Positions 59,298-64,000 of a stretch of 64,000 nucleotides of DNA are shown piece after piece (positions within the stretch are counted from its first letter, which is position 1; every line of letters begins with the position of its first letter). The stretch is from the NCBI GenBank assembly GCA_964035575.1, contig OZ037838.1, positions 372,001-436,000 of the forward strand. The letters run 5' to 3'. A program made the position numbers and the translations under genes. This stretch comes from Rhynchopus sp. YZ270_cl-10. Lineage: Eukaryota. The notes under the pieces were generated by a model that worked only from the letters and a program-made list of their open reading frames with translations, had not been told where the DNA came from and ran no database searches.

Positions 59298-59819
59298 GGA
59301 GACAGAGAGATGGAGGGAGGGGAAGGGGGCTACACCCTGCTGACAATTCGGAGTCGCGAACCGCGTGTTCTAACAACAAGAAGGGGGACGAGGTACAAGG
59401 ACCTACTCTCTCGGGATCGGCAAGAAGACAGTGACGACGCAGTGCGCAGTGCGCCCTCACAGCAGAACATGCCCTTCTGGCAGTGAAGGGCAATGAGACG
59501 ATGTTGCATGTAATGTGGTGGTTCTCGTTGTGAGAGGTGACAAATGGAAAAGAGTAGTTGAAAGTGCAAACGCGCCACCGTTCATCGGCGGACGCAGGCA
59601 CTGAAAAATGATACTCAACATCGCGATCTGTCACCCACACGAGAGCACCACATGGGCAGCGTGTGAGGTGTGCGACCTGTGGCAGGCAAACAAGAGAAAA
59701 AGCAGCAACAGGGCTAAAGGGGGATTTCTTGGGGGTGTTTTGAGGGTCTTGGGTTTTTTTTTTGCTGTGACCATGGGTTATATTCATCACCACCCTCCCT
59801 CCCGTCCCCTGGTCACACG

Positions 59820-60913
59820 TCACTCACTGTTGTGTGGGTACAGATGTCTTGTCACAATGACGCCATCTGGTTGCATAACCATAACAACACGTGAACACGG
59901 TGATATCGCAAACCATGAACTGTTGCATGGTATCACGTGCACACGGGACATGGTTGCCACATCAAACTGGTGTAGGTGTACATCGCAATCTTCATAATTT
60001 TCGTCATCAGCATCAAATTCCAAAGCACGTATCCCCACCACAAGGTACTTCCCACACGGAGTGAACCGCATGCCCTGGACACTCTCACCCACATCAACAC
60101 TGCGAAGAGCCGTACCACTCCAGTCATAGAGCTGCACGTCGTCTTCCTCCTCCACCACAGCAAAGACAGAGGCAGACCGCGAAAGCGCGACAACGTGACT
60201 TGATACAGGCACACATGCCACAGCTTCACCTGTGTTCACATCCCACAGACGTGCCTTCTTCTCCTTGTAGGAGGAGGTGATCACCCACCCACCACAGTCC
60301 GACACTGCCGTGTCCCAGCAGCCTTCGTGCGAGAGAGAGCGGAGCAACGTCAGGTCTTCGTCATACACAGAGACCCCGTCTTTGCCTTGGGAGACAACAA
60401 CACTGCCACACGCGAACACTGAGTATAAGATGCCGTCGACTTTGCGGACCCGGAAGCGCAACCTCGAGAAGGCCTGCCTTGCATGACAGGTAGCAGCGTG
60501 TCTTGCACTGCGAGATGGCAGGCGGACCGAACACTTCATTGTCCACTTCAAACGAGAAGACAGTGTCGAAGGTTTCTGTGTCGAAACCGTCAACATGCCC
60601 ACTATCCTCCGGACTATAAACGCAGAGCGTTCCACAACGCGACAGCGACAAGTCTCCCGTCTGCGTTGCAGTGTACTTAGCAGGACACTTGATGTCGGCA
60701 AAGCGGCGGGCAAGCACAACCTGCATCCCTGCAACAAACGCAGTGTCCTGCAGACGGCACGTCCCCTCCAGCACCTGCGTGCCGATGCGCATCTCGACAG
60801 ACGCAGGCGAGACAGCAAGCGCCGTGCACGCAACCTCCTTTGCCGCTGCAACGTCCGCCTCGCACGGCACCTCCACTGTCGCAGTCTTCCAGCACAAAGG
60901 TCACATCCATCAT
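59820..60913 (-). pseudogene. UBL-WD40 family pseudogene
   Basis: Full-length homolog split over three frames by 11 nt deletions at ~60886 and ~60450. Confidence 0.88.
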
Positions 60914-61258
60914 ATTGTTAAGGGCTCTGTTGTGTTTGATGTGATGGTTGGTGGTGTCACTTCGCAACGACAAATAAGAAGGTTCGTGGGCTAAATACGT
61001 GTTTCAACAAACTCTGATAAAGCAAGCAATTTGAAGATACCTACTGAAGAGAGACCTAGAGTCTAGGGGAACACCGTGGGTGGACCCGCGGCTGATCCCC
61101 CTAGACATAGATGGCGTGCGAAGAGTTTTCTTTGCATTCTTCTTCGCATTCGGGGGGGAAAGCTAAAAGGGGTTTCTTGGGGGTGTTTTGAGGGTCTTGG
61201 GTTGTTTTGGGTTAAATACATCACCACCCTCCCTCCCCTCCCCTCCCCTGGTCACACA

Positions 61259-62383
61259 TCACTCACTGTTGTGTGGGTACAGATGTCTTGTCGCAATGAC
61301 GCCATCTGGTTGCATAACCATGACAATAAGTGAACACGGCGATATCGCAAAAGACCCATAAATGGGTTGCGGTATCACACGCACGATGGACATGGTCGCC
61401 ACATCATACTGGTGCAGGTATAACTTGTGCCCGTCACAATAGCCATCAGGATCGTCCTCTGTAAATTCAGAAACAGCTACCGACACCACAAGGTACTTCC
61501 CACACGGGGTGAACTGCATGCCCCCGACATCCCCGCGAATAGCAACACTGCGAAGAGCCGCACCACTCCAATCAAAGAGGCGTACGGTGCTTCCCACCCC
61601 CTCCACAGCAAAGACAGAAGCAGACGAAGAAAGCGCCACCTCCCAACATCTGCCTGCCGGCATGCATACCACAGCTTCACCTGTGTTCACATCCCACAGG
61701 CGTATCCTCTTCTCCCAGGAGGAGGTGATTGCCCACCTGCCACAGTGCGACAGGGCCATGTTCCTGCACCCTTCGTGCGAGAGAGTGCGGAGCAACGTCA
61801 GGTCTTCGTCATACACAGAGACGCCGTTTTCCCCCTGGGAGAGAACAACACCGACACGCGCGTACACTGCCATCGAGAGGCCGTCGACTTTGCGGAGCAC
61901 CTCCCCACCCGGAAGTGCAACTTTGATAAGGCTGTTCCAACACGTCAGGTAGCAGCGTGTCTTGCGCTGCGAGATGGCAGGCGCACTCGACACTTTAGTG
62001 TACACTCTGAACTCGAAGACAGTGTCGAAGGTTTCTGTGTCGAAGCCGCCAACGTCCCCACTGTCGTTACTGTGGACGCAGAGCGTTCCACAACGCGACA
62101 GCATCAACGTCGTCGCTTGCGGTTCTGCACTGTACTTAGCAGGACACTTGATGTCGGCAAAGGGGCACGCAAGCACAACCTGCACCCCTGCACCAAACGC
62201 AGTGTCCTGCAGACGGCACGTCCCCTCCAGCACCTGCGTGCCGATGCGCATCTCGACAGACGCAGGCGAGACAGCAAGCGCCGTGCACGCAACCTCCTTT
62301 GCCGCTGCTACCTTCGCCTCGCACGGCACCTCCACTGTCGCAGTCACGCCTGACTCTTCCAGCACAAAGGTCACATCCATCAT
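61259..62383 (-). CDS. UBL-WD40 propeller family, copy 16
   Basis: Intact paralog. Confidence 0.9.
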   Translation of the reverse strand: MMDVTFVLEESGVTATVEVPCEAKVAAAKEVACTALAVSPASVEMRIGTQVLEGTCRLQDTAFGAGVQVVLACPFADIKCPAKYSAEPQATTLMLSRCGTLCVHSNDSGDVGGFDTETFDTVFEFRVYTKVSSAPAISQRKTRCYLTCWNSLIKVALPGGEVLRKVDGLSMAVYARVGVVLSQGENGVSVYDEDLTLLRTLSHEGCRNMALSHCGRWAITSSWEKRIRLWDVNTGEAVVCMPAGRCWEVALSSSASVFAVEGVGSTVRLFDWSGAALRSVAIRGDVGGMQFTPCGKYLVVSVAVSEFTEDDPDGYCDGHKLYLHQYDVATMSIVRVIPQPIYGSFAISPCSLIVMVMQPDGVIATRHLYPHNSE

Positions 62384-63251
62384 ATTGTTAAGGGCTCTGT
62401 TGTGTTTGATGTGATGGTTGGTGGTGTCACTTCGCAACAACAAATAAGAAGGTTGGTGGGTTAAACACGTGTTTCAACAAACTCTGACAAAGCAAGCAAT
62501 TTGAAGATACCCTGCGGCAAACACACAGTCATTGTGGCTTGCCAAAGATCATGGGGTGGAATGATTCTTTCCTGGGGTTGTCGTCAGATTCATTCTTTTT
62601 TTTTTTTTGCCACGATTGTGGTTAAAGTATACATGATGATATGATCGTATTGTTGTTTGGCTAAGTGGTGCAGAAGGAACAGGATGAGGATGTCAGGCAG
62701 TGCAGCTACCTCAGATGCTGTGCGTTTGGCAAGTTGCAGCGTCTGTGCATAACGTCCAGCTCAGGCGTTTTATTGTTCACTTTGTCAAAATCTCTTTGTT
62801 TTTCTCTTTGTCTATTTTTCCTGCATTTTTTATTCTCTTCTTTGTACTTTCTTTTGTTTTGGTTGTTGTTAGATAAGCTCAATCGCCTATCGAGTTCTGT
62901 GAATAGCACGGAACTCCTTTTCATGTGTATCCATGGAAATCAGTATCATATGTGATACCGGGGCACAGTCTCTGTTCATGTTGTACATGACTTTGTTCTT
63001 TGTCAGCGTGCACGGCTCGACATAGTTAGAGAAAAAATAGACAGAGAGAAAAATTGGAGGTAAAAATTTTTGAAAAAAGGTGTCGTTTGAGAAAAACAAA
63101 CAAACGGACGCGCTGTGTGAAAAACGAGTGTTTCTCTGCGCGTGATATTTTGTGGGGAAGAATAAAACATTATGAAAAAAGCTCGTTGCGTTCCCACTAT
63201 CGTTTCCGCTGCGCTCTCACTAGCGTTCCCACTCCATTCGGTTTTCTCTTA

Positions 63252-63644
63252 GGGTAGCACAATTAAAAATATTGTTTAGTGTCCTGCGCGCGAACAGATT
63301 TTTGGAAATCCAAAAAAAAAAAATAATTGGGACACAACTACAAAAAAAATAATTTTTATGGTTGGTAGGTTGAAGTCAGGACGGACGAAGTCTCGGAGGG
63401 CACTAAGGGGGAAGGTAGGTAGGGCACTTCTGTCTGGGAAAAAGTGACCAGAAAAAAAAAATGTCGGGGTCCCGTACTCCCAAATGTGCGAAATAAGCAA
63501 GAAATAAGCATTTTTGCGCACACGTGTATAAAAAAAAATCCGCCTCCGGCGGGGTTCGTTTTCGAGGATTTTCAGAGATCTCACGTTATGAAAATTTCCT
63601 TAAGAAACCATTGAATCTCATATTTCAGAATAATAGTACCTTAG
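63252..63644. mobile_element. Left part of a second copy of the Harbinger-like element
   Basis: tta|gggtagcac... Collinear with 36797-37625 minus the inner MITE. Confidence 0.8.
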
Positions 63645-63674
63645 TGGGGAGATCCGGGTGCCCGCAACAACAAT

Positions 63675-63989
63675 ATTCACAAAAAATCAGAAAAAATCAC
63701 AACAAATCACAACAAATCACACAAAAGAAATACAAAAAATCACAAAAAAAAAATCCTATTCACAACAAATCACAAAAAATCACAAAAAATCACAAGCAAT
63801 CACAAAAAAAAAATCCTATTCACAAACAATCACAAAAAATCACAAACAAAAAATCTTATTCACAAAAAATCACACAAAATCACAAAAAATAAATCCTATT
63901 CACAAAAAATCACAAGTAATCACAAAAAAAAAATCCTATTCACAAAAAATCACAAACAATCACAAAAAAATCACAAAAAATCACAAAAA
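63675..63989. repeat. Degenerate AAAAATCACA / AAATCCTATTCAC satellite
   Basis: A/C-rich tandem units near the window end. Confidence 0.85.
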
Positions 63990-64000
63990 GTGGATGTGAT

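Noticed and set aside
58864..59823. N-terminal PPT-repeat extension of the 1016 aa ORF
   Set aside because: Made of a 9-mer satellite and repeated spacer DNA. A signal peptide begins at 58863.
10743..62383. Diversity-generating retroelement as the cause of variation
   Set aside because: No template repeat, no intact DGR-type RT, and the variation includes many indels and is not adenine-specific by inspection.
10750..62414. Many recurring antisense and alternate-frame ORFs over the UBL-WD40 genes
   Set aside because: Shadows of the near-identical coding strand, with inconsistent starts and stops between copies.
63524..63999. Lys/Gln-rich ORFs (also 53681-54114)
   Set aside because: Translations of the A/C-rich satellite. 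Not telomeric TTAGGG either.

Overview
Repeat-rich eukaryotic DNA, probably from a euglenozoan (diplonemid-like) protist. That assignment is inference from a unidirectional gene cluster, GT-AG introns, a HAMP+class III cyclase receptor and a tyrosine-recombinase retroelement. The dominant feature is a minus-strand array of intronless genes encoding an N-terminal ubiquitin-like (beta-grasp) domain fused to a 7-bladed WD40-type propeller: 16 intact copies, 1 frameshifted copy, 1 divergent relative and several short fragments. The UBL domain and the propeller framework are almost identical between copies even at silent sites. The loops predicted to form one face of the propeller are hypervariable, length-polymorphic and shuffled between copies. 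This looks like a diversified receptor/adaptor repertoire and is the best candidate for an undescribed system. Other genes are USB1, a three-exon receptor pseudo-cyclase and a secreted CUB-repeat protein. Mobile DNA includes a DIRS-order retroelement with split direct repeats (A1..B1-A2-B2) and decayed RT/RNaseH, a four-level nest of TIR elements, large foldback palindromes, CAGTA-core satellites and a hAT relic. All comparisons were made by eye; no searches or alignments were run.
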